A stretch of 64,000 nt of DNA from Candidatus Multivoradales bacterium (GCA_965223155.1 CBDCVR010000014.1:736001-800000), one strand, 5' to 3'. Numbered from the stretch's first letter, positions 47,358 to 58,196 are shown. Notes: generated by a model not told the origin, from the sequence alone. Made by a program: numbers and translations.

Positions 47358-49598
47358 CTAAGGCACGGTCCGGAGCGTCCGGATCCGGTCCCCCTGCTGG
47401 ATCCGATCCAGGAGCTCCAAGCCCCGGGTGACGCGTCCGAAGGCGGTGTAGCTGCCGTCTAGGTGCGGCTGACGGTTGGCGGTCAGGAAAAACTGACTGC
47501 CGGCGGTGTGCGGGTCCGAGCGGGCCATGCCCACCACTCCCCGCTCGTAGGCAATCGTGCCGTTCTCGTCCCGGAGCGAGAACCCGGGACCGCCCCAGCC
47601 CGCGCCCTCGGGGTCGCCGGTCTGAGCAACGAAGTCGGGAACCACCCGGTGGAAGACGAGGCCGTCGAAGTATCGGTTCTGCGCCAGCTTGAGAAAGCTC
47701 ACACAGGTCAGCGGCGCCGTCTCACAGTCGAGCTCGAACCGGATCTCGCCGGCCTCGGTGGTCAGGGCAAGCTCGTGAGACTGGCGGGCCAGAAGAGCCA
47801 CGTCCCGGTAGGCGCGCAGCGACCGGTCGGTCTGAACCGACCCGGGCGCCGGAGCTTCGCGCTCGAGAGACGCCAGCGCCGAAGAGGCCGCCCGGCGCAC
47901 CAACCACTCGACGTCCTTGGCGAACTCCTCGAGCGCCGCCACGATAGCACCGCGCTCGAGCGCCTCGACCCGCGCGCGGCCTGCCAGGGCCCGCACGCAT
48001 GCCACCTCGAGGTCGGGCAGACGCCGGCCTGCGTCTTCGGCTACGGCCAGCAAGAGCTCGTCGATCGGAGCCGCCGGATGCTCGGCGAGCCACTCGAGGG
48101 CTTGGGCGCGCAGGGCCGGTTCCGGATCCAGAAGCGCCTCCCGAGCGCGCGTCTCCGCGTCTCCTCCACCGGCCTCCAGAATCCCGGCCAGAACCGCCGC
48201 GCGCACCGCCGGATCGGCATCTCCAAACAGTCGGTCCGACACTCGTTCGAGACCCAGGATCGAGGCGGCTTCGGCCGCCGCCCGGCGGCGTCCGGCGTCG
48301 GCACTCCGGGCAGCCTCGAGCGCCGCCTCCTCGGCACGAACCCCAGCTCGCCGCGCCAGCGCCACGACGGCGACTTCGCCTGCCCAACCCGCCTGACTCG
48401 CGATCGAGCTCAGCTCGGCACCCAGGTCCGCCCCCCCTTCCGGGCCCAGGTCCGACCAGTATCCGGCGGTTTGAATCGCGGTGATCCGGACACCGGCATC
48501 GGCCGAGGCCAGAAGGTCCGCGAGTGGCGCCACCCAGGCCGGAGCGGGAGCCGCGCGGCCCTCGGCGACCAGGGCCCTGCCGGCGCGCAGGGTCTGGATG
48601 CGGATCGACCTGTCCGGCAGGGCCAGGAGAGGCCTCAGCCGGTCGAGGTCCGAACCGTCCCCCAACCTGCCCAGGCCCCGAGCCAGCCAGCCCAGAACCC
48701 AGGATCTGAGATCGTCGGAGCCGGAGTCCGCGGACGTTCCAGCTACGGCATGAGGCTCCGGCCCGCTCTCCGAGCCCGAGCCTGAATCGCTACTCCGGCC
48801 GCGATCGCTGATGCCGTCCGTCGGTCCAGCCGCCTCGGCCGGTGCCGGCGCGTACGGTTCCGGCGAAGGCTCGAGCTCGAGCCTCCGCGCCAGCGCGGCA
48901 CGCAACAGCCGAGCCGAAGTTCCGTCCGCGGCGGTGCCGCGCCGCGCCAGGGCGTACAGGACCCAAGCCTCGAGCTCCGGGCTGCCGCGCAGACGTCCGG
49001 AGGCCAAGACCTCGCCGGCGGTCCGGTCGACCTCGGCCGGCTCGAACCGGAAGAGCGCCGGGGCGAGGCGACGCCAGCGCTCGGCTTCCGGAAGACCGCC
49101 CAGCGCCGCCTCCACCCGCGCCAGAGCCACTCCCAGCCGGGCCAGCGAGTCGGCCGCCTGCGTGGCCACCTCGGGGGTCCTGTCCACGAGAGCTCCGAGC
49201 AGGTCGGGAAACGCGTCCCGGTCTCCGAGCTGACCGAGCGCGAAGGCCGCCCTCGTCCGGACACGAGCGTCGGGATCGGCCAGCATCGAAGTGAGATACG
49301 GCCGCGAGCGGACGTCGCCGGTCCGGCCCAGGGCGAGCGCCAGCCGTCCGTGATGCTCCGGATAATCCCGGTAGATTCGGCGCACGGCGAACGGCTCGAA
49401 AAGCAACCGGTCGGCCATCAGGAGCAGCAAGGCCTCGGCGTCGAGGGCGTCGGCCACGACCCCGTCCGAAGCCGGCGCCGCGGCCGAGTCCGGCATGGGC
49501 GGCGCCGCGCTCCGGCAACCGGCGCTCGCCAAGGCCGCGGCCAGGACGACGGCGGCCGCCGGCCGGAGCCGCGAACCGGACGGGAGCGGGCCGATCAC
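47358..49598 (-). CDS. lipoprotein with HEAT repeats and C-terminal cyclophilin-type peptidyl-prolyl isomerase
   Basis: LASAGC lipobox; HEAT repeats; FHRVVPDFVAQTGDP, GMARS..TAGSQFF, HLDGSYTAFGRV; GTG 49598 overlaps the upstream stop. Confidence 0.9.
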   Translation of the reverse strand: MIGPLPSGSRLRPAAAVVLAAALASAGCRSAAPPMPDSAAAPASDGVVADALDAEALLLLMADRLLFEPFAVRRIYRDYPEHHGRLALALGRTGDVRSRPYLTSMLADPDARVRTRAAFALGQLGDRDAFPDLLGALVDRTPEVATQAADSLARLGVALARVEAALGGLPEAERWRRLAPALFRFEPAEVDRTAGEVLASGRLRGSPELEAWVLYALARRGTAADGTSARLLRAALARRLELEPSPEPYAPAPAEAAGPTDGISDRGRSSDSGSGSESGPEPHAVAGTSADSGSDDLRSWVLGWLARGLGRLGDGSDLDRLRPLLALPDRSIRIQTLRAGRALVAEGRAAPAPAWVAPLADLLASADAGVRITAIQTAGYWSDLGPEGGADLGAELSSIASQAGWAGEVAVVALARRAGVRAEEAALEAARSADAGRRRAAAEAASILGLERVSDRLFGDADPAVRAAVLAGILEAGGGDAETRAREALLDPEPALRAQALEWLAEHPAAPIDELLLAVAEDAGRRLPDLEVACVRALAGRARVEALERGAIVAALEEFAKDVEWLVRRAASSALASLEREAPAPGSVQTDRSLRAYRDVALLARQSHELALTTEAGEIRFELDCETAPLTCVSFLKLAQNRYFDGLVFHRVVPDFVAQTGDPEGAGWGGPGFSLRDENGTIAYERGVVGMARSDPHTAGSQFFLTANRQPHLDGSYTAFGRVTRGLELLDRIQQGDRIRTLRTVP

Positions 49599-50335
49599 AG
49601 CCCCGCGGCCAGGCGATGAGCGAGCACCACCGGCAAGCCGGCCTCCAGGATGCGTCCCTGCGCCTCCTCGACCGGGTACTCGCAACGCCGCCACAGGACC
49701 CGGCCGCGCTCTGGTTCGTAGACGAAGTACGCGGCCCGGGGATCGCGGTCGCGAGGCTGCCCCACCGCGCCCGGGTTGAGCAGGTAGCGACGCTCCGGAT
49801 CCAGCAGGATCTCCTGCTCGTCCCCTTCCGGAACCGTCATCGAGATTCCGCTCGGCCCGGACTCGATCGACATCGGCAGGTGGGTATGGCCAAAGAAGAA
49901 CACCCGGCCGACATGCTGCGAGAAGACCTCGGCCGCGCTCTCCAGCGACAGGATGTATTCGTCTTCCTGAAGCGGCGAGCCGTGGCAGATGAAGACACTC
50001 GCCCGGATCTCGGTGGGGCCCTGGCGCATCTGGCGCAGATACTCCAGATTCTCGGCACGCAACACGGACGCGGTCCAGCGGGCGGCCGCGCGGGCGACGG
50101 AATTGAACTGGTCGTCTGGCTCCAGCCCGGAGCAGACCTTGTCGTGGTTGCCCCGCACCACCCATTCGGGCCGGCTCAGGGCTCGGACGCGCTCGACGAC
50201 CTCGTTGGGACTGGCGCCGTAGCCGACCAGGTCCCCCAGGACCAGAACCGCGTCAAAGTCGTCTCCGGCGTCCTCGAGCACGCTTCGAAGCGCGTCGGCG
50301 TTGCCGTGGATGTCGCTCAGGATCAGATAGCGCAC
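49595..50335 (-). CDS. metallophosphoesterase (calcineurin-like)
   Basis: SDIHGN, GDLVGYG, RGNHD, HGSP, FGHTH, NPGAVGQPRD. Confidence 0.93.
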   Translation of the reverse strand: MRYLILSDIHGNADALRSVLEDAGDDFDAVLVLGDLVGYGASPNEVVERVRALSRPEWVVRGNHDKVCSGLEPDDQFNSVARAAARWTASVLRAENLEYLRQMRQGPTEIRASVFICHGSPLQEDEYILSLESAAEVFSQHVGRVFFFGHTHLPMSIESGPSGISMTVPEGDEQEILLDPERRYLLNPGAVGQPRDRDPRAAYFVYEPERGRVLWRRCEYPVEEAQGRILEAGLPVVLAHRLAAGL

Positions 50336-50835
50336 CGCTCGACTCCCAGCGCGTCCAAGATCCGGGCCGCGACCTCGGCCGGAGAACCGGACGCGGCGTC
50401 GATCCGGAGATCCGCGGCCCGCCGGTAGACCGGCTCCCGCGCGGCATGAAGCCGCGCCGCGGACTCAGGATCTCGATAGAGCGGGCGGCTGCGGTCGGCT
50501 CGGCCCAAACGGGCCACGATCTGGTCGGCGGGCACGTCGAGCCAGAGCACGGTTCCCGACTTCCGCATCAGATCGCGGTTCGCGGCGGCCAACGGCACGC
50601 CGCCGCCGGTGGCGACGACCGCGTCGCCGGCGTCCAGGCATCCCGCCAGCGCTCCGCTCTCCAGATCCCGAAACCCCGACTCACCCAGGCGCTCGAAGAG
50701 CTCAATCACCGAAGCTCCGTTTCGCGCTTCGATCTCCGCGTCGAGATCCACGAACCCCACGCCCAGCGCCTCGGCCAGCAGGACGCCGACCGTCGTCTTG
50801 CCGGCACCCATGAAGCCGACCAAAAAAAGCGTCAA
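50323..50835 (-). CDS. aroK: shikimate kinase
   Basis: LVGFMGAGKTTVG, DLD, GESGFRDLE, VATGGG, RPL; TTG 50835 overlapping the upstream stop. Confidence 0.93.
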   Translation of the reverse strand: MTLFLVGFMGAGKTTVGVLLAEALGVGFVDLDAEIEARNGASVIELFERLGESGFRDLESGALAGCLDAGDAVVATGGGVPLAAANRDLMRKSGTVLWLDVPADQIVARLGRADRSRPLYRDPESAARLHAAREPVYRRAADLRIDAASGSPAEVAARILDALGVERCAI

Positions 50836-50939
50836 CGCTTGCCTGACTCCCGCCGCACCGCCCGAGCCAGAAGCGTCACGAAACCACCCCAGACGATGCC
50901 GCAAACCAGCACCATGAAGACCACCGCCGAGCTACTCAT
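50832..50939 (-). CDS. MetS-family small subunit of NSS amino-acid transporter (35 aa)
   Basis: MSSSAVVFMVLVCGIVWGGFVTLLARAVRRESGKR with WGG motif and GGAGG RBS, directly after the NSS gene. Confidence 0.8.
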   Translation of the reverse strand: MSSSAVVFMVLVCGIVWGGFVTLLARAVRRESGKR

Positions 50940-52392
50940 CGTCTCCTCCCGGTACCGCCGACGACGGCCGTCGTCGGCTCTGGAGCCATCGATCGAAGAA
51001 CCACAATCCGGCAAGCGCTACCGCGAACTGCAACAGCACCGTGCCCACGGTCGAGGACGCGAACGGATTGAGCCAGCCTTCGGGATCCCAGCCGCGAGCC
51101 TCCCACAGCCACCAAACCAAGAGCACCGCGGCTTCCACCGGCACCACCACGCGAATCAGGAAGCTCCACCACTTGCCGATGCGGAGATCCGAGCCGTCGG
51201 CATTGATGACCTCGGTGCGCAGCCTCTCGACGCCGTAGCGGCGCGCGGCCAGGGCGAAGAACAGCCCCGAAAGCATCAAGCCCACGCCCCAAACCCAGTC
51301 CTGGTTCTGCAGGAAGGCGAGCGACAGAGCCGAGGGCGCGCCGAACCAGAGTCCGCCCAGGCCGACCCAGGCCAGCGCCTTCTTGCGGCTGAGGCCGGCG
51401 TCGATCAGAACCCGCGCGGCCAGCTCGATCATCGAGATCAGGCTGGTCAGCGCAGCGAACGAGAGCGCCAGAAAAAAGATCGCCATGAACAGCCCGCCGG
51501 CCGGCATCTGGTCGAAGAGCTGCGGCATCCAGACGAAGGTCAGCCCCTCGTTGCCAGCGCCCACGATCTCGTCGCGGGCCCCGGGGTTGATCGCGAACAC
51601 CGTACACAGGACCATGATGCCGGCCAGGAGCGACATCGAGTTGTTGCCGAAACCGATCATGAAGGCGTTGAGCGGCACGTCCTCGCGGGCGCGCATGTAA
51701 ATCGCGTAGGTCAGGATCAGGCCCCAGCCCGCGCCGGTGTCCCAAGCGTTCTGAGTGAGCGCTTGAAGCCAGATCTCGACGTCCCCCAGCGCGGACCAGT
51801 CCGGCCGGAACAAGAACTCGAGCCCGGCGGCCGCTCCCGGTAGCGTGACCGCCCGCACCGCCAGAACCACCACCATGAGCACCAGGGTCGGGATCAGGAT
51901 CTTGGCCACCCGCTCGATACCCCGAACGCCGTACCAGACGACGCCCAGAGCCAAGCACAGGGCCAAAGCGTGCGTGGCGAACGAGATCTTGCTGCCCGCG
52001 AACGACTCCCAGAAGGCCGCCGAGTCGGCTCCGGCCAGCTCGCCGGTCGCCGCCGCGAAGAAGTAGCGCAGGCACCAACCGGCGACCACCGAGTAGTAGA
52101 ACATGATGGCGGTCGCGCACAGCGCCACCCAGCCGCCCATCCAGCCCGAGCGCTCGCCCGCGAAGAACCGGAACGCGCCGACCGTGCCCAACCGAGAGCG
52201 CTTGCCGAAGGAGAACTCGACCATCATCAGCGGCACCGACCAAAGAATCAGAAACGCCATCCACGCCACCAGGAAGCTGCCGCCACCGTTGGTGGCGACG
52301 ATGCGCGGAAAGCGCCAGATATTGCCGGTGCCGACGGCCATTCCCAGCGTCGCCAACACCAGTCCCCAGCGCGACGAGAATCTCTCGCTCAT
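50932..52392 (-). CDS. sodium-dependent transporter, NSS/SNF family
   Basis: ERFSSRWG..GMAVGTGNIWRFP..NGGGSF; GLTFVWMPQLF; FAALTSLISMIE. Confidence 0.95.
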   Translation of the reverse strand: MSERFSSRWGLVLATLGMAVGTGNIWRFPRIVATNGGGSFLVAWMAFLILWSVPLMMVEFSFGKRSRLGTVGAFRFFAGERSGWMGGWVALCATAIMFYYSVVAGWCLRYFFAAATGELAGADSAAFWESFAGSKISFATHALALCLALGVVWYGVRGIERVAKILIPTLVLMVVVLAVRAVTLPGAAAGLEFLFRPDWSALGDVEIWLQALTQNAWDTGAGWGLILTYAIYMRAREDVPLNAFMIGFGNNSMSLLAGIMVLCTVFAINPGARDEIVGAGNEGLTFVWMPQLFDQMPAGGLFMAIFFLALSFAALTSLISMIELAARVLIDAGLSRKKALAWVGLGGLWFGAPSALSLAFLQNQDWVWGVGLMLSGLFFALAARRYGVERLRTEVINADGSDLRIGKWWSFLIRVVVPVEAAVLLVWWLWEARGWDPEGWLNPFASSTVGTVLLQFAVALAGLWFFDRWLQSRRRPSSAVPGGDDE

Positions 52393-53153
52393 ACGGCTAC
52401 CTCCACGGATCGGCCGGAAAGACCTCGGGCCGGCTGTGCTTCAGAAGAAGAAGAACCGCCGGCAGCGGCGCTCGCGATCGCCACCAGCCGCCGGCCCCGG
52501 CGAGCGACCCCTTGGGCGCCCACGGCGCCTCCGTCCTCGGCCCGGCACAGGGCGCCCAGCACGGCCGCCGAGTCGGCTCCCGCCTCGAAAACTGCCTCCA
52601 GGTTCGACTCGTCGATGCCACCGATCGCGACCAGCGGCTTGTCGGTCAGCTCGCGCGCCCACCGCACGCCCTCGAGACCAACGACCGGATCGGCGTTCTT
52701 CTTGCCGGTGGTGGCAAACACAGGTCCGATCGCGACCACGTCCACTTCGGGATCGTCCTGGGCACGCTCGACCTGCTCTGGATTATGAGTCGACTGGCCG
52801 ATCAAGCAGCTGCCGCGCCAGGCGCCCAAGGCGCTCGTGGCCGCGGCCGGCGGCAGGTCCTCCTGGCCGAGGTGAACGCCGCCGCACTCGAACATCCGTG
52901 CCAGGTCGGGGCGGTCATTGACCCAGAGGGTCGCATCGGGAAGTCCCGCGGATCCCACCACCGCGGAGGCCGCGGCCACTTCGGCCGCGAGCTCTCGATC
53001 GCCCAGCTTCTTGGCCCGCACCTGGATCCACCGGATGCCGGCCTCCAGCATTGCGGCAACCGCGGTCGCCAGCGGCAGGCTGCCCAGAGCGTCCCGGTCG
53101 GCGAGGGCGTACAGCGGCGGCACGTCACCCCGGATGGACCGATCCGCTGCCAT
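52389..53153 (-). CDS. thiE: thiamine phosphate synthase
   Basis: IQVRAK, VNDRPDLA, GVHLGQEDL, IGQSTHN, GPVFATTGK, VAIGGI. Confidence 0.92.
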   Translation of the reverse strand: MAADRSIRGDVPPLYALADRDALGSLPLATAVAAMLEAGIRWIQVRAKKLGDRELAAEVAAASAVVGSAGLPDATLWVNDRPDLARMFECGGVHLGQEDLPPAAATSALGAWRGSCLIGQSTHNPEQVERAQDDPEVDVVAIGPVFATTGKKNADPVVGLEGVRWARELTDKPLVAIGGIDESNLEAVFEAGADSAAVLGALCRAEDGGAVGAQGVARRGRRLVAIASAAAGGSSSSEAQPARGLSGRSVEVAV

Positions 53154-53161
53154 GCCCGGAA

Positions 53162-54526
53162 TCAGGCGTTGACCGCGGCCTTGGCCGGCCGGGTCGCGCG
53201 CAAGTGCTCCATGAACCGCGTCGAGAGGTTTCCGGAACGGAAGCGAGCGTCACGGAGGATCTCGCGCTGGAGAGGAATGGTGGTGTGAATGCCCTCGATC
53301 ACGAAGAAGTCGAGCGCCCGCTCCATGCGCCTGATGGCGTCTTCGCGAGTACCGGCCTGAACCACCAGCTTGGCCACCAGCGAGTCGTAAAAAGGCGGGA
53401 TCACGTAGTCTTCATAGGCGTGGGTGTCGACGCGCACTCCGGGGCCACCCGGAGGATGAAAGGTCGTGATTCGGCCGGGTGACGGCACGAAGGTCTCGGG
53501 GTGCTCGGCGTTGATCCGGCATTCGATGGCGTGGCCGCGCGCCTTGAGGTCCGACTCGATCGTAAGCGGCTCGCCAGCCGCGATGTGCAGTTGCTCTTGG
53601 ACCAGGTCCACCCCGGTGACCATCTCGGTCACCGGATGCTCGACCTGAATGCGGGTGTTCATCTCCATGAAATAGAACTTGCCGTCCCGGTCGAGAAGAA
53701 ACTCGACCGTGCCGGCGTTGACGTACCCCACATGCCGAGCCAGCCGGATCGCGGCCTCGCCCATCTCGCTTCGCAAGGCCTCGTCCAGAGCCGGCGAGGG
53801 CGACTCCTCCAGCAATTTCTGGTGTCGCCTCTGGATCGAGCACTCGCGCTCTCCCAGATGGATGACCTTGCCGTGGGTGTCGGCCAGGACTTGGAACTCG
53901 ATGTGGCGAGGCTCGACCAGATACTTCTCAAGGTAGATCGAGCCGTCCCCGAACGCTTTCTCGGCTTCTTCCGAGGCGGTCCGGAGCTGGTTTTCGAGAT
54001 CTTCCTCCCGTGTGACGATCCGCATGCCGCGGCCGCCGCCGCCCGCCGACGCCTTGAGGATCACCGGAAACCCGACCTCCCGAGCCAGGGCGCGCGCTTC
54101 GTCCGCGCCCGACAGCGCGTCTTCACTCCCCGGTAACACCGGCACGCCCGCCTCGATGGCGGTCTGGCGCGCCCGTGACTTGTCGCCCATCAGCCGGATG
54201 CTGGCCGGGTCGGGACCGATCCAATCGATCTTGCACTCGGCCAGAGCCTCGGCGAAGGCGGCATTCTCGGCCAGGAATCCGTACCCCGGATGGATGGCGT
54301 CGGCACCGCTGATCTCGGCCGCCGAGATGATGGCAGAGACGTTGAGGTAACTCTGAGCCGAGGGGCCCGGTCCAATGCAGACCTCTTCATCGGCGTAGGT
54401 CACGTGCAGACTGTCCTGATCGGCCGTGCTGTGCACAGCCACAGTGGACACGCCCGCCTCACGGCAGGCCTGGATCACGCGTAGCGCGATCTCGCCACGG
54501 TTCGCGATCAAGATCTTCTTGAACAT
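53162..54526 (-). CDS. accC: acetyl-CoA carboxylase biotin carboxylase
   Basis: [57 protein letters not shown]. Confidence 0.97.
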   Translation of the reverse strand: MFKKILIANRGEIALRVIQACREAGVSTVAVHSTADQDSLHVTYADEEVCIGPGPSAQSYLNVSAIISAAEISGADAIHPGYGFLAENAAFAEALAECKIDWIGPDPASIRLMGDKSRARQTAIEAGVPVLPGSEDALSGADEARALAREVGFPVILKASAGGGGRGMRIVTREEDLENQLRTASEEAEKAFGDGSIYLEKYLVEPRHIEFQVLADTHGKVIHLGERECSIQRRHQKLLEESPSPALDEALRSEMGEAAIRLARHVGYVNAGTVEFLLDRDGKFYFMEMNTRIQVEHPVTEMVTGVDLVQEQLHIAAGEPLTIESDLKARGHAIECRINAEHPETFVPSPGRITTFHPPGGPGVRVDTHAYEDYVIPPFYDSLVAKLVVQAGTREDAIRRMERALDFFVIEGIHTTIPLQREILRDARFRSGNLSTRFMEHLRATRPAKAAVNA

Positions 54527-54562
54527 CTCGGATCTGGTCCTCGGGTCCCGGTCCGCCGCGGT

Positions 54563-55018
54563 CTAGCCTTCCGGGCGGATGCCGAATAGAGGCTCGCCGA
54601 ACTCGACCGGCTGCGCGTTGGCCGGAAAGATCTCCACCACCTCTCCGTCGACGTCGGACTCGATCTCGTTCATCAACTTCATGGCCTCGACGATACACAG
54701 CACCTGGCCGCGGCGTACTCGGTCACCGACCTTGACGTAGGCGTCGGCCTCTGGACTCGGCGCCGTGTAGAACGTCCCGACGATGGGCGAAGTGACGGTG
54801 TGCCCGGCGCCACTTTCAGCCTCGGCCACGACCTCCACCGGGCCTGCCGGCGCCGGCCCAGCGGGTGCGACCGGCGCCGCGATCGGTGCCGCCACCGCCG
54901 CCGGAGCCGCCTGATAGCCGACGATCTTGACCCGGAAATCCGAGCGCTCGACCTCCAGCTCGTGCAACCCCTTCTTGCACACGATGTCGATCAGTTCCTT
55001 GATCTGTTCAAACGTCAC
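54563..55018 (-). CDS. accB: biotin carboxyl carrier protein
   Basis: SPIVGTFY, EAMKLMNEI biotinylation motif. Confidence 0.97.
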   Translation of the reverse strand: MTFEQIKELIDIVCKKGLHELEVERSDFRVKIVGYQAAPAAVAAPIAAPVAPAGPAPAGPVEVVAEAESGAGHTVTSPIVGTFYTAPSPEADAYVKVGDRVRRGQVLCIVEAMKLMNEIESDVDGEVVEIFPANAQPVEFGEPLFGIRPEG

Positions 55019-55039
55019 GATGTCTCTCCCTCACCGTCG

Positions 55040-55402
55040 TCACACGAGATCGGATTCGAAGTCGAGCGGCGCCCGACGCAGCTCGTACCGGGCCCGGCCG
55101 GTACCGGCTCCGGCATCGAGCACCAGCAGCAGATAGTAGCCGGGCGCGACGCCGCTTAGCAGAATTGAAAACGTTACGGTCTCCAGAGCCAGGCCACTAA
55201 CCTCGCCCAGCTCCAGATCGCCGTGGTTCTGGGACATGGCCTTGAGCTGGGTCAGAAGCTCGACGGCCAGGGTCTCGGTGTGGAGATCGGGGGCCGCTCC
55301 GGAGCCAGCCGAGACTTCGACGGGAATCCCGTCGGCCGCCACCAGCGCGGCCAGCCGGCATCCCGCCCGATCCGCCATCGCGCCCAGCCGCCTCTCGAAC
55401 AT
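55040..55402 (-). CDS. roadblock/LC7 domain protein (MglB/MglC-like)
   Basis: LVAADGIPVE, YYLLLVLD...GRARYELRRA; 120 aa. Confidence 0.75.
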   Translation of the reverse strand: MFERRLGAMADRAGCRLAALVAADGIPVEVSAGSGAAPDLHTETLAVELLTQLKAMSQNHGDLELGEVSGLALETVTFSILLSGVAPGYYLLLVLDAGAGTGRARYELRRAPLDFESDLV

Positions 55403-56712
55403 CAGATGCCCGCCTCGACGGCGCGCCGAATCTGCGCCCGGTAGGCGACCAGGACGCGCCGGAAACGATCCGCGCCGCCGGCCGACTCCCCAGATTCAGC
55501 TTCGCTGGCTGCCAGCCAGCCGCGACGGGCCTTCCGATTCCCCGGCTCCCGCGTCAAAACGTCCTCGAAAATCTCGGCGGCATCGGTCCTGTGCCCTTGG
55601 TCGAGATACAAGCCCCCGAGCGTCACGGTGCCCGGAACGGAGGGGTCGTCCCCAGTCCCGGCCGGAGTCCCAGTTGGAGTTCCGGCCGTCGCCGCCGGAT
55701 CGGGCGCCGTAGCCGAGTCGCCAACCGACTCGGCGGCCGTCCGGGGAATCAGATCGTCGGCCGTAATCGCGCCGGCGCCGGGCCTCGGTGTCTCGGAGCC
55801 GAAGGGCAGCTCCGAGATCGACGGTTCCGCTCCGGCAGGCGGAGCCGAGCCCTGGCCGGCGCCCGCCGGAGTCTCGAGCTGGAACTCAGGGACCGGATCG
55901 GGCGCGAACACCGGCGTCTCGATCCCGACTCCGTTCTCGACCTCCGTTTCGGCGGCCCAGCCGGACTCGAAAACGTTGCCGAAGGGCTCGTCCGCCGCAG
56001 CTTCCACAGGCGCTTCGAGCGCTGCCTCCGGTGGAGCTTCCGACGCGGGGGCGGGCGCTGCGGTGGGCTCGAGCTCGAAGGCGAAGGGCGCGGCGGCCTC
56101 CTCGTCGGCGGCCGCGGTCGCGAAGAATCCGTCGATCCCGTCGTCCCCCGAGCTCTCGGCTGCGGATTCGGCCAGATCGCCCAGGACCTGGGCTATGGGC
56201 ACGATGTCGGACTCGGCGGACGGAGTCACGGACTCGAGCGCCGGATCTTCCGGTGCGGCCGGCGCTTCCAAAGGGCTTGCATCGTCCGCGGCGGCCACTT
56301 CCTGTTGCCCTGCGATCGCCGCACGCAGCTCCTCGACGTCCTCGTCCCCGAGGCTCAGCATCTCGTAGATATCGAGCTTCTCCCGAGCCTCGGCCAGGCG
56401 CCCGAGGCCGGCGTACGTTCGTACCAGAAGCTTGTTGGCCACGAGATGCACCGGATCGGACTTGACGACCTCTTCCAGCACCGCGGCGGCGCCATCGTAC
56501 CGAGCCGCGTCCACCAGAAGCCGGCCCAGAGCGACCCGCGTACCTAGGTGCCTCGGAGCCAGCTCAGAGGCTTCCCCGAGGACGAGAATGGCCTCGTCCA
56601 GGTTGCCCAGACGCTTGTGCTCGTCGGCCAGCTGCTGCGCCAGCTGCGGCGACTTTTCGAACTGCCAGCGCTTTCCGAGCGCTTCGAGCTGAGGAGACGT
56701 TTCGACGGACAA
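55402..56712 (-). CDS. TPR protein with long acidic disordered linker and C-terminal TPR (TVTLGGLYLDQG)
   Basis: N-terminal TPRs, A/E/P-rich middle, TxTLxxLYxxQG motif. Confidence 0.8.
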   Translation of the reverse strand: MSVETSPQLEALGKRWQFEKSPQLAQQLADEHKRLGNLDEAILVLGEASELAPRHLGTRVALGRLLVDAARYDGAAAVLEEVVKSDPVHLVANKLLVRTYAGLGRLAEAREKLDIYEMLSLGDEDVEELRAAIAGQQEVAAADDASPLEAPAAPEDPALESVTPSAESDIVPIAQVLGDLAESAAESSGDDGIDGFFATAAADEEAAAPFAFELEPTAAPAPASEAPPEAALEAPVEAAADEPFGNVFESGWAAETEVENGVGIETPVFAPDPVPEFQLETPAGAGQGSAPPAGAEPSISELPFGSETPRPGAGAITADDLIPRTAAESVGDSATAPDPAATAGTPTGTPAGTGDDPSVPGTVTLGGLYLDQGHRTDAAEIFEDVLTREPGNRKARRGWLAASEAESGESAGGADRFRRVLVAYRAQIRRAVEAGI

Positions 56713-56745
56713 CTAGGCAAACCTTTCCGGTCGGCTAAGCGTCGA

Positions 56746-56754
56746 ACTATATCA
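56746..56754 (-). promoter_or_regulatory. putative extended -10 (TGaTATAGT) upstream of the TPR-roadblock-accBC operon
   Basis: Minus strand cTGaTATAGTtcg, ~33 nt upstream of the TTG start. Confidence 0.4.
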
Positions 56755-56812
56755 GTGGCCTGACCCCGAACATCCGCGAACGGGTGCCGGCTGCACCCAC
56801 TTCCAGCGCTGG

Positions 56813-58174
56813 CTACGGGATCTCGACCGACTTGGTGATCGAGTCGGTGCCGAAGACGTTCGAGACGAAAAGCGTGCACTGCTCGGTCCCCGAGGCGCCG
56901 TAGTCGTGGACCACGACGGCCTGGCCGTTGGGCACCGAGATCGTGTTACTCGCGTCGATGATCCCGTCGCTAGTGAAGTCCCACTCGAGGGTCAGGGGCA
57001 CGTCGCCGGTCACCGCCGAGTTGAAGGTCGCGACCGTGCCGGCGATTCCGAAGGTGAAGTCCGCGAGAGGCACACCCTGGATGGTGATGGTGCGGGTCGC
57101 GCTGATGAGCTCGCCGGGGCCACCCCCGGTCTCGACCGTCACCATGACGGAATTGACCGAGATGAGCTCGGCCGCCTCGAGGGTGAGGACGTCGAACGCC
57201 TCGCCGTTCGCATCGGTCTGCAGGAACGCTCCTCCGCTCGCCAGGGAGCCCGGACCGTCCGTGAAGAAGAAGATTCCGACATCGGGCAGCGGATCGTTCA
57301 AGCTGTCGAAGACCTTCGCGCGGAGACTGACAACCCCACCGGTAGCAGGGATCGAGCTCGGCTGCGCGAACAGCCTCAGGTTCGCCGCGAACCCTCCGGA
57401 GATTTGAACGGACCGTTCGTCCGGCGTCTCGATGCCAGGCGAGGTCGCGCTGATGAGGAAGGTCCCGGCCACCACTCGGGCCAAGTCATCTCTGGTGACG
57501 GTGAGTACTCGCTGAGCGATACCGCTCCCGTCCGCGGTAGCGCTCGATCCCCTTCGAAACTCACCGACCTCGGCGTCAAATTGCACCAGCGCCCCGCCGA
57601 TGGGATTGCCGCTCTCGTCCGTAACCGTCGCCGTCGCGGTGATCTTGTGGCCGCCTCGCGGCACCTCAGCCGAGATGACCGACGGGGAGATGGTCAAGAC
57701 CAAATCTTGCGCACCAATGCCGATATCGACCAATGCCTCGGCCGCCGCGGCGGCGCCCGAGTTGGCGACGATCGTCGCCACCCCGGCGCGGTTGTCGCCA
57801 CGCAAGACGGTCTCGGCGATTCCGCGATCGTCGGTCGGCACCACGGTGTCGTCGAAGGTGCCGATATTCGAGGTGAAGGTGATCTCGGTGCCGGGATTGA
57901 CGGCGGTGCCGTCGGCCTTGCGCGCCAAAACCGTGATCGTCGAATTCCCGTTGACCGCGATCCGGGTCGGGTTGGCGCTGATGGTCAAGGTCGCGGCCGA
58001 TGGCGCCACGGGCGTGGGCCGGTCGCATCCGGGTGAGACAAGTCCCAGCCCGAGCCCCAGAGCCAGGAAAACCCATCCCCAGCGGCGACGGGGCCTGCTG
58101 TTACCGAATCCGCCATTGCCGGGAGAAAGGCGCTCACGGGCCAGCGTGGATCGCTCGATGAAGTTCCCGGCCAT
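56813..58174 (-). CDS. putative lipoprotein with ~3 invasin/Big-1-like Ig domains and a PKD domain
   Basis: Hydrophobic signal ending ...SPGC; TDxxGxA Big-1 motifs; EWDF..DG...HDY PKD motif. Confidence 0.75.
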   Translation of the reverse strand: MAGNFIERSTLARERLSPGNGGFGNSRPRRRWGWVFLALGLGLGLVSPGCDRPTPVAPSAATLTISANPTRIAVNGNSTITVLARKADGTAVNPGTEITFTSNIGTFDDTVVPTDDRGIAETVLRGDNRAGVATIVANSGAAAAAEALVDIGIGAQDLVLTISPSVISAEVPRGGHKITATATVTDESGNPIGGALVQFDAEVGEFRRGSSATADGSGIAQRVLTVTRDDLARVVAGTFLISATSPGIETPDERSVQISGGFAANLRLFAQPSSIPATGGVVSLRAKVFDSLNDPLPDVGIFFFTDGPGSLASGGAFLQTDANGEAFDVLTLEAAELISVNSVMVTVETGGGPGELISATRTITIQGVPLADFTFGIAGTVATFNSAVTGDVPLTLEWDFTSDGIIDASNTISVPNGQAVVVHDYGASGTEQCTLFVSNVFGTDSITKSVEIP

Positions 58175-58196
58175 GAATCCGACTCAGTATACGAAG

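Noticed and set aside
49599-50165. Extra N-terminal ~190 aa on the cyclophilin ORF
   Set aside because: It overlaps the metallophosphoesterase in another frame. The lipoprotein signal begins at GTG 49598.
53153-53165. TPP riboswitch upstream of thiE
   Set aside because: Only ~8 nt separate accC and thiE, leaving no room for a riboswitch.
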